Source: Utricularia gibba (taxonomy: Eukaryota; Plantae; Magnoliophyta). From it: a stretch of DNA of 64,000 nucleotides. The notes below the pieces were generated by a model, which made no database searches, was not told the origin of the DNA, and saw only the letters and a list, made by a program, of their open reading frames with translations. Where the stretch lies: NCBI GenBank assembly GCA_002189035.1, contig CM007992.1, positions 62,001 to 126,000 of the forward strand, given 5' to 3'. The position numbers and the translations under genes were made by a program. Shown piece after piece: positions 28,158 to 41,090 of the stretch. Numbering within the stretch: the stretch's first letter is position 1; each line of letters begins with the position of its first letter.

Positions 28158-28655
28158 ATGGCTGACCGCCCGCAGCGCTACGAAGCCGGAGCCAAGGGTA
28201 TTCTCCCACACCCTTCAAGGGGTCCTTCCACTTCCCAAATCATCGCCGTTGTCACTCTGTTTCCCGTCGGCGCCGCCCTCTTAGGACTCGCCGGGATCAC
28301 ACTCGTCGGGACTCTCATCGGACTCGCCGTCGCCACCCCACTTTTTCTGCTTTGCAGCCCCATTTTAGTACCTGCAGCCATCCTCCTTGCTGGAGCGGTC
28401 ACAGGGTTCATGACCTCTGGTGCTTTCGGGCTCACTGGGCTGTCATCTCTCTCCTGGGTCCTCAATTCCGTAAGGCAGGCCACTGGGCAAGAGCCGTTGG
28501 AGTATGCTAAGCGGCGCGTCCAGGAGGCCACGATTCAGGTCGGGGAGAAGACCAGACAAGTCGGGGAGATGATGGGCGATAAGACGAAGCAAGCCGGCGA
28601 GGCGATCAAGTCCAAGGGGCAGGAAGGCGGCGGAGTCACCGCTGCACGGACTTAG
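28158..28655 (+). CDS. Oleosin
   Basis: Long hydrophobic hairpin with proline knot [12 protein letters not shown], then [13 protein letters not shown]. Intronless. Confidence 0.95.
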   Translation: MADRPQRYEAGAKGILPHPSRGPSTSQIIAVVTLFPVGAALLGLAGITLVGTLIGLAVATPLFLLCSPILVPAAILLAGAVTGFMTSGAFGLTGLSSLSWVLNSVRQATGQEPLEYAKRRVQEATIQVGEKTRQVGEMMGDKTKQAGEAIKSKGQEGGGVTAART

Positions 28656-28843
28656 AAGATAACGATGTAGTTTTCTGAGTACGTTTTATTCACATGTCTG
28701 GTCTGCATGCCTCTTTCTGTGTGTATATGCCTCTTTTTGTTGTATGGTATTGCACTGCTGTACGTAAGACATAAGAGTTTGAAGAAATGAAGGTTCAAAA
28801 CAATATACAAGAGTGCCGCTGCCTTTCCCCCTCCCTGCCTTCG

Positions 28844-30704
28844 TCACGATTCATCTGGCTTCGGCTCGAGCACTACAGGGATCTTTTCTTTTTGATCGCC
28901 CCGCAGAACTTCCACAACAACCTGCACGCACAGAAGCAATGCGTATGGAGGCGATCTGTTTGTTTAAAGACATCCAGGGATCGAAAAGGCTTGTACCTTG
29001 TCACCAACTTTGCATTGATCCAGTATTCTGTACAAGTCACTGCCATTCGAAACCTTCGTCCCGTTGATGGATGTGATTATATCCCCCAAAATGAGTCTTC
29101 CGTAGGCATCTCGTTTTGTGGGTTGAAGACCCTGCAGGATATGGGCTGATCAACCGAGAAGAATACGTGCATATGTACACACAGAGTAGCGACATACTGC
29201 TTTTCCGGCTGGTCCTTGTGCAGGAGCATCCAGGACTAGAACCCCACTGACTCCAAGTTGCTCTACTGATTGATCAGGTGCAAACTTGATGCCCAGAATG
29301 GGTCTGGTGACCTTGCCGAACTTCACCAATTGATTGACTATGCCGCTAACCTGAAGATAAACATAGAGAAATGATGAAGAGAGCCTGAAAGGGGAGCTGC
29401 TTCCATGGTACTTACAGTGTCTACGGGGATAGAAAAGCCGACCCCAGATGAAGCACCGGAAGGGGAGTATATAGCTGTGTTTATTCCGATAAGGTTCCCT
29501 GAACTGTCGAGGAGGGGTCCTCCGCTATTGCCGGGATTAATGGCGGCATCAGTTTGGATGACATCCTGGATCGGACGGCCAGTAGCAGCAGAACTGATTT
29601 CTCTCCGTAATCCACTGTCAGGAATCATCATCAAGCAACTCAGAAAGGGGATTAAAGTCTCTTTATACCAAGAAATCACTACTGTCTTCTATAAGTTCAT
29701 CACACCTGATGACACCAGTTGTAAGTGTATGATCAAGGCCAAACTGTTGAAACAGGGTCAAAAAGGGAGAGAGGTGTCACCATATGTTCAAAAACTTCAT
29801 ATCATCAGAATAGCAGTCAGGAATTAGGGGAATCAGCTATCATTTACTCACAGGATTACCAATTGCATAAACTTTTTGACCCACAAGCAAGTCCGCAGAC
29901 ATGCCAATGGGTATGGGTCTTAACTTTTCTTTCGGAGCATCGATATATAGCACGGCAACATCTTTATCCGGATCAAAACCAACAACTTTGGCATCGTATG
30001 TGCTCTGATCAGCGAGAGTCACCCTTCAAGCAACGAGAATCATCGACCAAGTGAGCATGTAATAATAGTGGTTGATAACACAGCAAGGGCACCACAAAAC
30101 GTGAAAAACTACCCAGAAAAACATAAGAGATCAGAAGTACTTGAGATCAGAAGCACCCCGGATCACATGGTAGTTGGTTACAACGTGACCATTTGTATCC
30201 CAGACAAACCCAGAACCTGATCCCTGTGGCACCTCCAACACATCCAGCGTGAAAGCATCTTGCCTGAAAGAGATTCGGAAGTTCACAAACATATCACTAA
30301 TTATCACGAACCAAGTGAGAAAATTACCTCGATGCTAGGTTAGTAATGTAAACAACAGATGGAGTGTTCTCTTGGAAAAGCCGCACTGTGGCAAGTTCAT
30401 CGGACTGCAATTTTCTAGGACTCGTAGCTACAAGAGCAGATGCAGGATCAACCGGCGCGAAGACCAAAGAGGCCGATATAGCAAGTGAAGCACAAAGAGT
30501 GAGTAACGAATCTACGAGTTTGTCCGCCCCGCCGCGAGAATCAGCTCCGCCGGCGACAAAGCTCCGGTTAAGCTTGTCGCCCGGAGCAGATGCTAGTAAT
30601 GGGGAGGCGAGATTATACTGGGTCAGCGACTTCGGAAACGACTTTTTCAGGAGCGAATTGGCGACAAAGAGTCTGGGAGTGAGGGAGAAGAATGTGGAGG
30701 CCAT
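28844..30704 (-). CDS. DEG1: Chloroplast Deg/HtrA serine protease 1; multi-exon
   Basis: Transit peptide, [55 protein letters not shown] domain, ends EPKPDES*. Confidence 0.95.
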
Positions 30705-31059
30705 TCGTCTGGTTGGTGCAACGGAGAGTTACATTTTACTTAAAAGCATCAGGTGGTTCAGATTTTTCTCTCTATAAACAAGAAACATTTCTGTTCTACG
30801 CTTCTGCACCTCTTCTCAGCTGCGTCGTGTGCCATTTCCATCAGGATCTGGTTAAAGCTTCAAACTTTAACCAATGAACATATAGAGAACGCCAACATTG
30901 ACAAGCCCTGTACTCCCAAATTCCTAAACATGGGTTACAGAAAAGGCAAGTCATTTGTGGATAAAGAGAGGATAGGATGTTATTTCACTATTCTCTAAGT
31001 CAAGTGTTCATTAAGTCAAGCAAAATCCTGGCAGCATGAATCGAGGATAACAAAAACTA

Positions 31060-31599
31060 CTAATGACTCTTTCTCCTCAAAAGCCTTCTCTGCTTCCGCA
31101 GTTTGTGCTTGTTCATCTTCCTTTTCCTCTTCTTCTTTACACTATCAGCCCTCAGAACCCCAGGATCATCCTCAGCAGCTACATCTGGTTCAGATTCCAT
31201 CAAGGATCGAGAACAACATGGCTCAAGAAATAACCGCAAACGAAAGCTGGAGCAAACATCTAATGAATGGGTATGGTTCAATGTCAACGGATTCCATTCG
31301 GATGAATACAAATCATCCATGGATTTCATGTGGAGCATTCGACTCCCTCTCACTTTCTCTAGAATGCGCGAGTGAAGTGTACCCCTGCCAAGATTCACTC
31401 TGTCAAGAATCACGTCACCATAGAAGCAATGCCTGTATTCCATTCCACACACAGGAGAACACATAGTTAAACTGAGCACAACTGAATGCATCCAAATAAC
31501 ATGAATAATTGAAACTGGAATACTGCTCCCATCTACTATACGGATATACAAACCCCAGCGGCGCCACGATTGGGGAATCAACGACACCGTCTTTAGCAC
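31060..31599 (-). CDS. DUF1713 / COX24 / mS38-like mitochondrial protein; 5' structure uncertain
   Basis: C-terminus ADSVKKKRKRKMNKHKLRKQRRLLRRKSH* is the family signature. The start codon and exons were not resolved. Confidence 0.7.
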   Translation of the reverse strand: MLKTVSLIPQSWRRWGLYIRIVDGSSIPVSIIHVIWMHSVVLSLTMCSPVCGMEYRHCFYGDVILDRVNLGRGTLHSRILEKVRGSRMLHMKSMDDLYSSEWNPLTLNHTHSLDVCSSFRLRLFLEPCCSRSLMESEPDVAAEDDPGVLRADSVKKKRKRKMNKHKLRKQRRLLRRKSH

Positions 31600-32225
31600 A
31601 GTCCCCCCTAAAATATTCCTCCGATAAGGTACCGATGTCCCTCTGCCCCAGTACCCGAAGAATAGCTGGGTGACTCGATGATTCTACAAGAAAAAAGGAT
31701 AACAAATATAAATAACTGGCTCAAGTACGGGAACACACAGCATCCATATGGCTGCTATTAACAAGAAGTACCGGCGAGTCTACGAATAAGCTTCACATTC
31801 CCCATTGTTCAGAGAACAAGAATGAGGAATGAACCCCCTTCAAGAGCGCAGTCCTGGAGAAGATAGACGAACCACCGACCTTGACTGAATTTGCGGAGTC
31901 GCGCGCGGCTTCGGCAAGCAGCAGCAAGACATCGTATCTGGATCGGTGCGATTGAGCGACTTGGACTCATCTTGGATGCCCTTAGTGGGTCAGACCAGCC
32001 CTACGCAAAACCAGTCCATTTTATAGAGCGCAACGTCACTTGGCCCTAAGTTAAAAGGGCTGGTCCATTTAGAGGCCCAAGCCCATAAAGGAGAAGGGAG
32101 GGAAAACCCTACTGATTTTACTCAATCACTGGTGGATTGGATTGATTACACCGCCAAGCTTCGGTTCTACTCTCCTCTCACTTAACCAAAACCAACAACA
32201 AGAGTGAATTACCCTCACGGAAAAC

Positions 32226-33441
32226 CTAATTCCCCTCCTCGGGACCGCTGGGCCCTTCCACCGTATCCTGTTTCCCTCCTCCGCCCATCCCAAGCATGGC
32301 GCCTCTGAAATCGGGGAATCCTACGACCCCACCATGGGGCTCTCCCTGCATCATCAGCCCACTGCTTCCGTTGGGGCTCATTACGATATGGGGAGCTTGC
32401 GGGGATGGGTAAGGTTGAGCGCCGTATAGCATAGACGAACGCGTCGCCATCAGTGACTGTGGAGCCATTTGCTGTAACTGCTGGTGCTGCAGATAAGGGC
32501 TCGTCTGTAGCACTCCGCTGCCGGCGTACTGCATAGCGCCCAACGCCACACACAAAAAAAAGTCACTCCTCACTTATCTTTTAGTATCTAAATCAACCAA
32601 GTATTCAATACCTGAGAATGCATGCTGGGAAGCTGAGGGTGAGAGTCAGCAATGGCCGCTAGGTACATCAAGTTTCTCTGAAGCCGAGCTTGGTTCCTGT
32701 GAAATCACGAGAACCAATTCCGATAAAGATGTTGGATTGGGTTTCTTCAGTTGAGCAGATGAAAAATCAAAACTTACTCAGCACACTCACTCAGCTTTCC
32801 AGAGTTTTGGCTCTCAACAATCTTCAGAATCAGTGTCTTGTTTTCGTCCAAATACTGCATACCATACAACACAATTTCATTCTCCGGCAGGAAATATGGG
32901 GAGAGGAGAAAATGCAGTTTCTAATGAAGCTATGGAAGTTGGGATGAGACACAGAGAAAGAATGAACAACAACACCGGCAAGCAAACCCCAATTAATATA
33001 GAGAAGTGTCGGCAAGTTTAGAACATTGTTCCCGGGATGCTGGTGGCTGTTCACAAGCATGAAAGTTCAGGCCAAGTCAGAAAAAAAGTGTTAACCCCAC
33101 CAAGATTACGACTTTTGAAGGAAACTGGTGGAAATGAGACAGTGTTTTCTTTTCATACAGGGAATGGCATAGAAAAACAGTATCTTGATGGTCACCCACA
33201 TACCTTAAACAAACACCGGATATGAACTCAAAAGCAAGACCCACAACAATAAACCTATTTTGAGAGTGGCGATCGTAGAAACATGTGGCAGTAAGAAGAG
33301 AAGAGAGACAGGAACTGAAAGAGATGGAAGAAGAAGAAGGAGAAGAGAAGAAACCTGTTGGATGTGATCAGTAGTGACGTTGCTGTGGTAGTAGGCTGCC
33401 ATCCTGTGCTGCATCTGTGTCTGCATCAGGTGCTGCTGCAT
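32226..33441 (-). CDS. GIF1: GRF-interacting factor (SSXT domain), AN3/GIF1-like; 4 exons
   Basis: MQQHLMQ...VTTDHIQQ|YLDENKTLILKIVESQNSGKLSECAE|NQARLQRNLMYLAAIADS, ending EEGN*. Confidence 0.9.
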
Positions 33442-35239
33442 GCCTCCGTTTTATACACCAATACCTCACACACACACACTCGGTATCTTCTCTCTTTCTT
33501 TCTCCCCGAGTTTAAATATCTCCACTTCCCCTACAACTTTGACCGCGAGAACTATCGTTCAGCTAGAAGGCTCTGCACATGAAACCAACTCAAGTAAAAA
33601 GGACTAGTGTTTACAGCAAGGATCAGGTACTGGATTGGATTCAGATTGCGGTGTTGTGCATTATTTTAGTGAACCCGCAGTTGTGGCGAAGTTTTATAGC
33701 GAAGGGTAATAAATTAAGTGAAGCCAGGAATGAATGCAGCGTTGTTAAGGTGGCGATGCATTAATTGGGAAGGTAGCTGGGGTATGAAAAGGAAAACCCT
33801 CGTGTCGAAAGGTCCCTTTCAATGAGAGGAGGAGAGACGGCGAGTGCAGCTGTGGCGAGACGGGCTGAGAAGTATCTGATGAGAAGCACGCCGGGCCCCG
33901 AACCATGGCTGCTATGTCGCGCATGGCTCGGCTCCAACCACGAGACGGCCTCGTGATCCTGCTTTGCAGGGGACGGGACCCTCGCCGGAAAAAGAAAAAG
34001 GAAGCATGACTGCAGAAATGTATATAGTTTATTGTGAAGGGCGTCGCACGAAGTTGAAAATACACATAAAACAAAAAATGACAGAGGAGCACCCATGGCG
34101 TCGTCACTCGCATACACGCGCCACGACGTGATGTGCACGCGTTGAATTCCCCGTTGGTCTCGGTACCCGCACCGCGCGGCGCCTCCGCCAAAATTTCATA
34201 GCCACCGCGCCTGCATCGGTCTCCACCCTCACTTTCTGCCCCGATCTTGCATTTCTTCAATATAAACCACCACACCAGTATCGATTACATTTACTGTTCG
34301 AGGTTACGAAATCAATCCATTTTAAAATCTGACAACATTGTGTGGGATCTTCGATACTTATGAAATGTGATGAGTTATAATCTTCATTCAATATCCTTCG
34401 TATTGGAACCTTTCTCGAAATGGATTCTTCCATTTGTTGTTTTTGTATTGTGGAATAACATTCGTAGTACAGTTCATGTTACTTGGGTCTCCCAAAAGAC
34501 GGCAATGAGAGAGAGCGTGGGCGTCCATGCGAGCCGACCTTTCATTCAGCAATGGAATCAAGCCTTGAAACTACACCATGCAGAGTAGGTGGAGCATCAT
34601 CTCAGTCAGTCTACTTACTCATGGCATAATCCTACCAGCTCCCCTTTCTGCACTCATAATAATATGAAAGGGAACTTAACTTCGTGCGCAAATCTTTTGC
34701 ATCGCCAGCTTTCTGGTTCTAAACTCGTCCCTTCCCCTGCAATGCCACGTGAAATCAGACCTCATCGCAGATGTGTCGCCTCCCTCCTCTTGGCCTGAGC
34801 TGTCTCCTCGGCTGCACCAGTACACTAACCCGCTCCCATGTGGCCTGGGCCACATTTTACCTTCTCCACAAATCAGTGCTATTTATTTCTCTTGTTTCCT
34901 TTGAATCCGAATGTGGGTTGCTGCCTTCTTCCATCAGCTTGGAAATTCGTAGCGAGCAGCCACACTTACTGTGTCCTCTTGTCGTGCTGACGTGGCGCCA
35001 CATAGATAGATGGAGCTTGTCCCTGACGGGTTCTGGGCTTTTATAGGCCTCTAGCCCAATGGGGGGCATAAATGTACGGATTACGGAATGCCCCTGTTTT
35101 GGTGTAATGGGCTTCCACGCGCCAGCTGGTGTGGCCCATTAAGACATGGAGGGAGCCCGAAAGGAATGAAAACCCGAATGAGGGTCGATTTTGGTCAATT
35201 TGTTGGTTTCGCCTGCGGAGGGCAAACCCTATCGCTTCC

Positions 35240-38200
35240 ATGGAGAAGGAAAGTTCGAGCCGTAAACGCAGGGATTCTGGTTCTCATCGCGATCGCGAGG
35301 CGTCTAAAGAGCATTATCACTACCACCGGCATAAGAACGAAGAAGATCGGCGCAGATCCGACGACCATGATCGCCGTCGTTCGGAATCTAGGACCGAAAG
35401 AGAGGGAGATTCCCGGCGTGATTATGAGAGGTTTGGTTCTGATTCGAGGAGCAAGAGGAAGGATAGGTGGGATAGTGAGGAGAAGGACTATAAGAAACCT
35501 AGGGTTGTTGAGAGCAATGGACGGGAGAAGCGTACATTTGAAGATACGACTGTCAAGGACGGAGGTTATGTAGAGGAGGGTTCCGGATTCGGGGGGAATT
35601 CCTCCAAGAATGAATCTACGAGTGATTTGCTTGATGCCGATGCCCCCATCGAGACTGGTTCAGCTCGCCATGTGAGTGTACATTAACGTTTGCGTAGCTA
35701 ATTCTTATGCGCATACAAAATCACCATCCCTTCGCCTGTCGAATTCGTTTGGCTTGCATTTGAATTCCAAAAAAAAAAAAATGCGTGTGACTTGGTGGTA
35801 ATAGTTGAGCTTCTTTTTGTTCTGGTTTAATAACCGTTGGCGTCTTCTTTTTATCAGGTTGTTGAGACTGGATCTGTCGTTACTACAACTTACATAACTC
35901 ATGACACTCTGACGGGGAGCCAGTCCCCGGCTACTAAGGTATCTTCAATTTCAAAGACACATGAAAATAAGGGAGTTAATAGTAACAGACCTCATGAGGT
36001 TCCTGGGAAATCCAGTACAGATGGGACAGCTTCAAATGCTGGAAAGAGTGGGGGCTTGTCCCTTGATGCCCTTGCGAAAGCAAAGAGAGCTTTGCAAATG
36101 CAAAAGGAACTTGCTGAACGGATGAAGAAGATTCCGGTGGTTAGTGCAGCATGCATTTTTCCTTTTTTTGTACGAGGCTACTATGGATCTGCGTTTTTTG
36201 AATTCGACATTTTTTTGAAACAGGAAAAAAAGGATGAACGTGACAAAAGATATGCATTCATTCTAATCTTTTGGCGGATCCATTTTCCTGATATTTTTAT
36301 TGTCTTTTTTGTATGTGTAGCTGAACAAAGATTCTGGTCCTGCGAGGGAGCTTAGTTCCCAGTTTCCAGAGAAAGGTGTTCCTCCATCATCTGTCTCTCT
36401 TCCTACTGGGGTGTCATCAAGTGGTACTTCTGCACCGGCGTCTTCTGTGCCAACTCAAGTGATTGCTCCAATTGGTTTGCCTCCTCTACCTGGTCTCACT
36501 GCCCAAAAATATGAAGCTGTAAAGCGAGCACAGGAGCTTGCTGCAAAGATGGGCTTCCGGCAAGATCCAGAATTTGCTCCTCTCATCAATTTGTTCCCAG
36601 GACAGATGCCACCTGATGTGTCGATTCACTCAAAACCTTCAAGAGCGCTTGTGCTTCGTCTGGATGCACTGGGCCGGGAAATTGATGAACAAGGCAATGT
36701 GGTTAATGCCTCGAAAGTGAATAGCTTGAGTACTCTCAAGGTATTTATTATCATGTCCTATGTAACAACAATTGTTCTTCAACATCATTGTATCGCTTCA
36801 TCAATCATTCGTGTTTGGGGTTTCCCTCGCAGGTAAACATCAACAAGCAAAAAAAAGATGGATTCCAAATCCTCAAGCCTGAACTTGATGTGGATCCTGA
36901 GAAGAATCCATTTTTTGATGCCAGGATTGGAATTGATAAAACCAAGCTACTGAGACCTAAGCGGGCGAGTTTTCAGTTTGTTGAGGAAGGCAAGTGGGCA
37001 AAGGAGGCTGAAATCATTAAACTGAAGGTTTTGCATTTTCTGCTGGTGCCATATGATCTTTTTCAGGTTCTTAGTATAATCGGCTCTTACTTTCTGAATG
37101 TTGGTGGCGCAGGCCCAGTTTGGAGAAGCAAAAGCGAAAGAGCTGAAGGCAAAGCAAGCACAGCTAGCCAAGGGAAGGTCGGATTCTGATATAAACCCCA
37201 ATCTAATTGAAATAGGCGAGAGGATATTGACCAAAGATAAGCCAAAGGAATCTCTTCCTGATGTTGAGTGGTGGTAAGTCATAAAGCACGTTTTGTTTGT
37301 TTGTTTATATTTTTTTTGTGTTTTAGTGCCGGCGTTGTGCGCTGATAAGAATCACATGCAATTTTTTTTAAAAAAAAATTTGTTCATGACATACAGGGAT
37401 GTACCTATTCTGGCTCTTGGTGTCTACGGTGATATTATTGATGATGGCATTACCGAAGATAAAATTAAGATGGAGAAGATCACTATATATGTCGAGCATC
37501 CTCGTCCTATAGATCCTCCGGCTGAACCAGCACCACCCCCACCGCAGCCTTTGAAGTTAACTAAGAAAGAACAAAAGAAACTTCGGACGCAGCGTCGGTT
37601 AGCAAGGGAAAAGGAGAGGCAAGAGATGATTAGATTGGGTGTAATGGAGCCACCAAAGCCTAAAGTGAAGATGAGCAACCTGATGAGGGTTCTTGGTGCT
37701 GAAGCCACCCAGGACCCCACGAAGCTTGAAATGGAAATTAAAAGTGCCGCAGCGGAGCGTGAGCAGGCCCACATCGACAGGAACATTGCTCGGAAGCTCA
37801 CTCCAGGGGAGCGCCGCGAGAAGAAAGAGAGGAAGCTTTTTGATGATCCGGGTACCCTAGAGACCATCGTCTCAGTGTACAAGGTCAATGACCTATCTCA
37901 CCCACAAGCTCGCTTCAAGGTCGATGTTAACGCTCAGGAGAATAGGCTCACAGGATGTGCTCTCATTTCGGAAGGGCTAACAGTCATCGTTGTTGAAGGC
38001 GGTGCCAAATCCATTAAAAGGTATGGAAAGCTTATGCTCCGTAGGATCGACTGGGCGGCTGCAGTTACCAAGGATGATGACGGGGACGCGGATGATGATA
38101 AGGCTACCAATAAATGTGTGCTGGTTTGGCAAGGCAGTGTCGCGAGACAGAACTTTGGTCGGTTTAGCATCCAGGAATGCAGAACAGAAACTGCTGCCCG

Positions 38201-38279
38201 CAAGTACTTTCAGGATCACGGCGTTGCTCATTACTGGGATCTAGCAGTCAACTTCACACATGAGGAGGAGGCGCTGTAA
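35240..38279 (+). CDS. PRP3: U4/U6 snRNP splicing factor Prp3 (RDM16-like); multi-exon
   Basis: RE/RS-rich N-terminus, GLSLDALAKAKRALQMQKELAE, LRLDALGREIDE, YVEHPRPIDPP, LTKKEQKKLRTQRR and DVNAQENRLTG. Confidence 0.93.
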
Positions 38280-38821
38280 CATCATGCTATGCCCGTGACT
38301 GGACAGGGTGGAGCGATGCAAGATCCTTTTTATCTGCTTTTTTCTTCAGTTCAAGTTCGGTGCGTGGGATCCTCCCTCAGCTGCTGCCTTGTTCTGTGCT
38401 GGTGTGCGGTATCTGAACCTCCTACCCTTTCTTTGTTCAGACGCAACCTTGTTTTCTTGTTTGATTCAAGGAGGCCTTCTGTTGACAAATGGTATCGTTC
38501 TGTGCCCGACAGGGCATAGGTTAGGTTTGAGTTCAAGTAGGATGCTCCCGTGTTGCATGGGTTTTGGTAGCAGGACACCCCCTCACTTTTGCGTTCTGGT
38601 ATTGTGATGTTCGTGAGGTATCCGATGCGGGCTTTTGGTCAAAATGAAGATTTTACGGTTGATCAGAAGCTTAATCGGATGAATGGGGATTTGCAGACAT
38701 CCCGGACAGAGTTGCTTTGCGTGGACAAGACTAGACTGGAGTGATGGAAAATAGGCTCTAGTATGGATTAGGATGATGGCGTCCACGGATCCACCCTAAA
38801 AACTCTTCCTCCAGATTCTGT

Positions 38822-39483
38822 CTACCTAGATGAGAGAGGGAGGGTCCCATCTCCCGCCGCCGTGTCCCGCCGCTCCTCCTCCTGCTCTATCGGCAACCGC
38901 TCGCAAGTCGCGTTCGAAAAAGTGGAAGCGATCACCATCACCAGCCCAACTGCATCACGCTCCCGCCCACGACCTGTCCCTGACCCGTGGATCCTGGTGG
39001 CGCAGGCCCAGGAAGAAAAGGCCCTATCAGCGAAAGAATCTCGTAGCGGCCGTGTGAAGCTATGACGGCGCCGGGAGCCGAAGGGTGACGGATGGTAACG
39101 TTGGTGACGGTTCCGTTAGCGCTCAACACATTGACTCCCTGCTGTCCTCTTCTCGCGAACTGGTCTAAGGATTCCGCGGTGTCGGTTCCGTTCGCCACTT
39201 CCAAGGCATGGCTGCAGAGCGCATTAGGGATGTCTCTGGTGACGAAAACCGGCGGCTTGGGTTTGTTCTTGGATCCCAGCGGCCTCCCGCGAGGGCGGCG
39301 CGTGGGAACTTGCAGGGCTGGGATCCTCCTCGTGTTGCTCTCGGCTTTCTCCTTGAGGTGAATACTTGATGGATATGGTGAGATGTGAGTTCAATGAAGT
39401 TCCGACATCCGGTTTCATCATCGACGAGGATGAACCGGATACAGGAAACCCAGAGCTCCAGTCCACCAGCTGTTGGATGCCAT
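38822..39483 (-). pseudogene. Clade-A AT-hook motif nuclear localized (AHL) pseudogene
   Basis: MASNSWWTG, frameshifts, then [17 protein letters not shown]...GRYEILSL. The LTVYLAG strand is absent before QGQVVGGSV, and another frameshift precedes [17 protein letters not shown]. Confidence 0.85.
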
Positions 39484-40187
39484 ATCCCCACAAGAAAATA
39501 AATATTTCCTGTAGGGATGTATGTAGATGAGGATGCGAAGGAAAAGGGGATGACGAAAAAGCAATCTTCGTATCCAAAGAAAGACGCAAATGGCGATGAC
39601 TTGCACTACATTACATCGTAGAGCCGCAGAAGCACGAGTCAGGTTGTGGGAGCTTTTCTTTTCCATTTAAAAAATCTGAAGTCGGTGACCATGAAGAAGC
39701 CCATACCCTCAATCACTGCACTCAGGATCGACTGAGCATACATTTGGAATTGAATCAGGCCTGATAGTCCTAGTGGGTGCGGCAGCCAGCCTCATTGACC
39801 CATGAACGCATATGCTGTATCTACTCCCCGGTGCGATCTTCACGCAGTTACAGTTGCACCAGCCGTCGGACATCCTGCAGCTCGGCTCAGGAGTCAGGTA
39901 CCCTTCCCTTCCATTCATCTGTGAGTTGGTCTCCTTGTTGGTGGCTTGTTTGGGTGAGGATCCATGCCTCCTGTCGCGCGGGGCCCATTAGTGCGTTGCG
40001 TCGGGAATGCGAGTATAATTACAAAAACTAGTACTCCATTTATTCCATATATGCGGTGGAAGGACATGACGCGGGACAAGAGGCAAAAGCTAGATATAAA
40101 CACGGAAATGGACTCGAAACAGTTCGTGATCCAGAGGCTGTCACGGCGGCCCACTCCCCTGGCTCTTTGCTCCCATCTGGCTTCACT

Positions 40188-41090
40188 TTAGGGTTCCATT
40201 TCCGCCATTGTCGTCACCCAAGGATGCCCTGAAGAAGAATTCGCCCACTTCAATTTTGAACAAGACCAAAAAAATGGATGGCAATAGCTAGTTCGCTTCG
40301 TTACTTACTCAGAACTTGCTCGGAGGAAAGTCTGCCAGATACATCTTTACACAGCATCTTCTTTAGCAGGTCCTTCGCTTGGGGCGACACCGATCGGAAA
40401 ACCTTGGGCGGAAATCTCAGGTTCCCCGGATAACGGCACGGAATACCTCTGCGGGGTCATCGCCGTAAAAGGGGGGAAAACCGGCAAGCATTATATACAG
40501 AATCACGCCGGCGCTCCACACGTCCACCTTCTCCGTGTAATCTTTCCCCATCACCACCTCCGGAGCGACGTAATACGGCGTTCCCACAATCCCGGTCATG
40601 GTTGAGCCCTGAAGAAAGAGCTCCGCAGATCCGAAATCAGCTAGTTTAACCCGCGCTGCAGAATCGAAGAGGATGTTATCCGGCTTGACATCGCGATGCG
40701 CGACCCCCAGGCTGTGGCAGCAGGCGACGGCGACCATCAATTGGTTGAAAATCGAGGCCGCTTCCGGCTCGGAGAAGCGTTCCCCGGCGGAGAGACGGTG
40801 GTTGAGGTCGCCGCCAAGGCAGAGATCGGTGATTAGGTGGAGGTAGCATTGGTCCTCGTGGACGGCGTGGAGGGTCAGGATGTTTGGGCATCCGTAGAGG
40901 AGCGCTAGTATCTTAGGCTCGGAATCAACGCACCGGCGGTCGATGGGGTCGGCGGAGGGGCGAGCTTGTTGATGGACTTGCAGGCCAAAAACTGGGAAGC
41001 GGCGGTGCTGTAGCAGCGGCGCACGACGCCGAAACGGCCCCTCCCTAACTCTTCGTACAACTTGTAGTCTTCCTCGAGAGATGCGCACAT
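40188..41090 (-). CDS. PPCK: Phosphoenolpyruvate carboxylase kinase; two -1 frameshifts as written (pseudogene or assembly error)
   Basis: [44 protein letters not shown], minimal kinase with the conserved intron before HPW. Frameshifts fall in the 4-nt runs at 40957-40960 and 40424-40427. Confidence 0.8.

Noticed and set aside
34586-34606. miR172*-like GGAGCATCATC (similar GCATCATCA near 48870)
   Set aside because: Partial match only, with no mature miR172 arm nearby.
39700-40190. Short ORFs between the AHL pseudogene and PPCK
   Set aside because: No homology recognised; the region is plausibly the PPCK 3' UTR and the old AHL promoter.
40417-40960. Programmed ribosomal frameshifting to explain PPCK
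   Set aside because: No slippery heptamer or stimulatory structure is evident, and two independent events would be needed.
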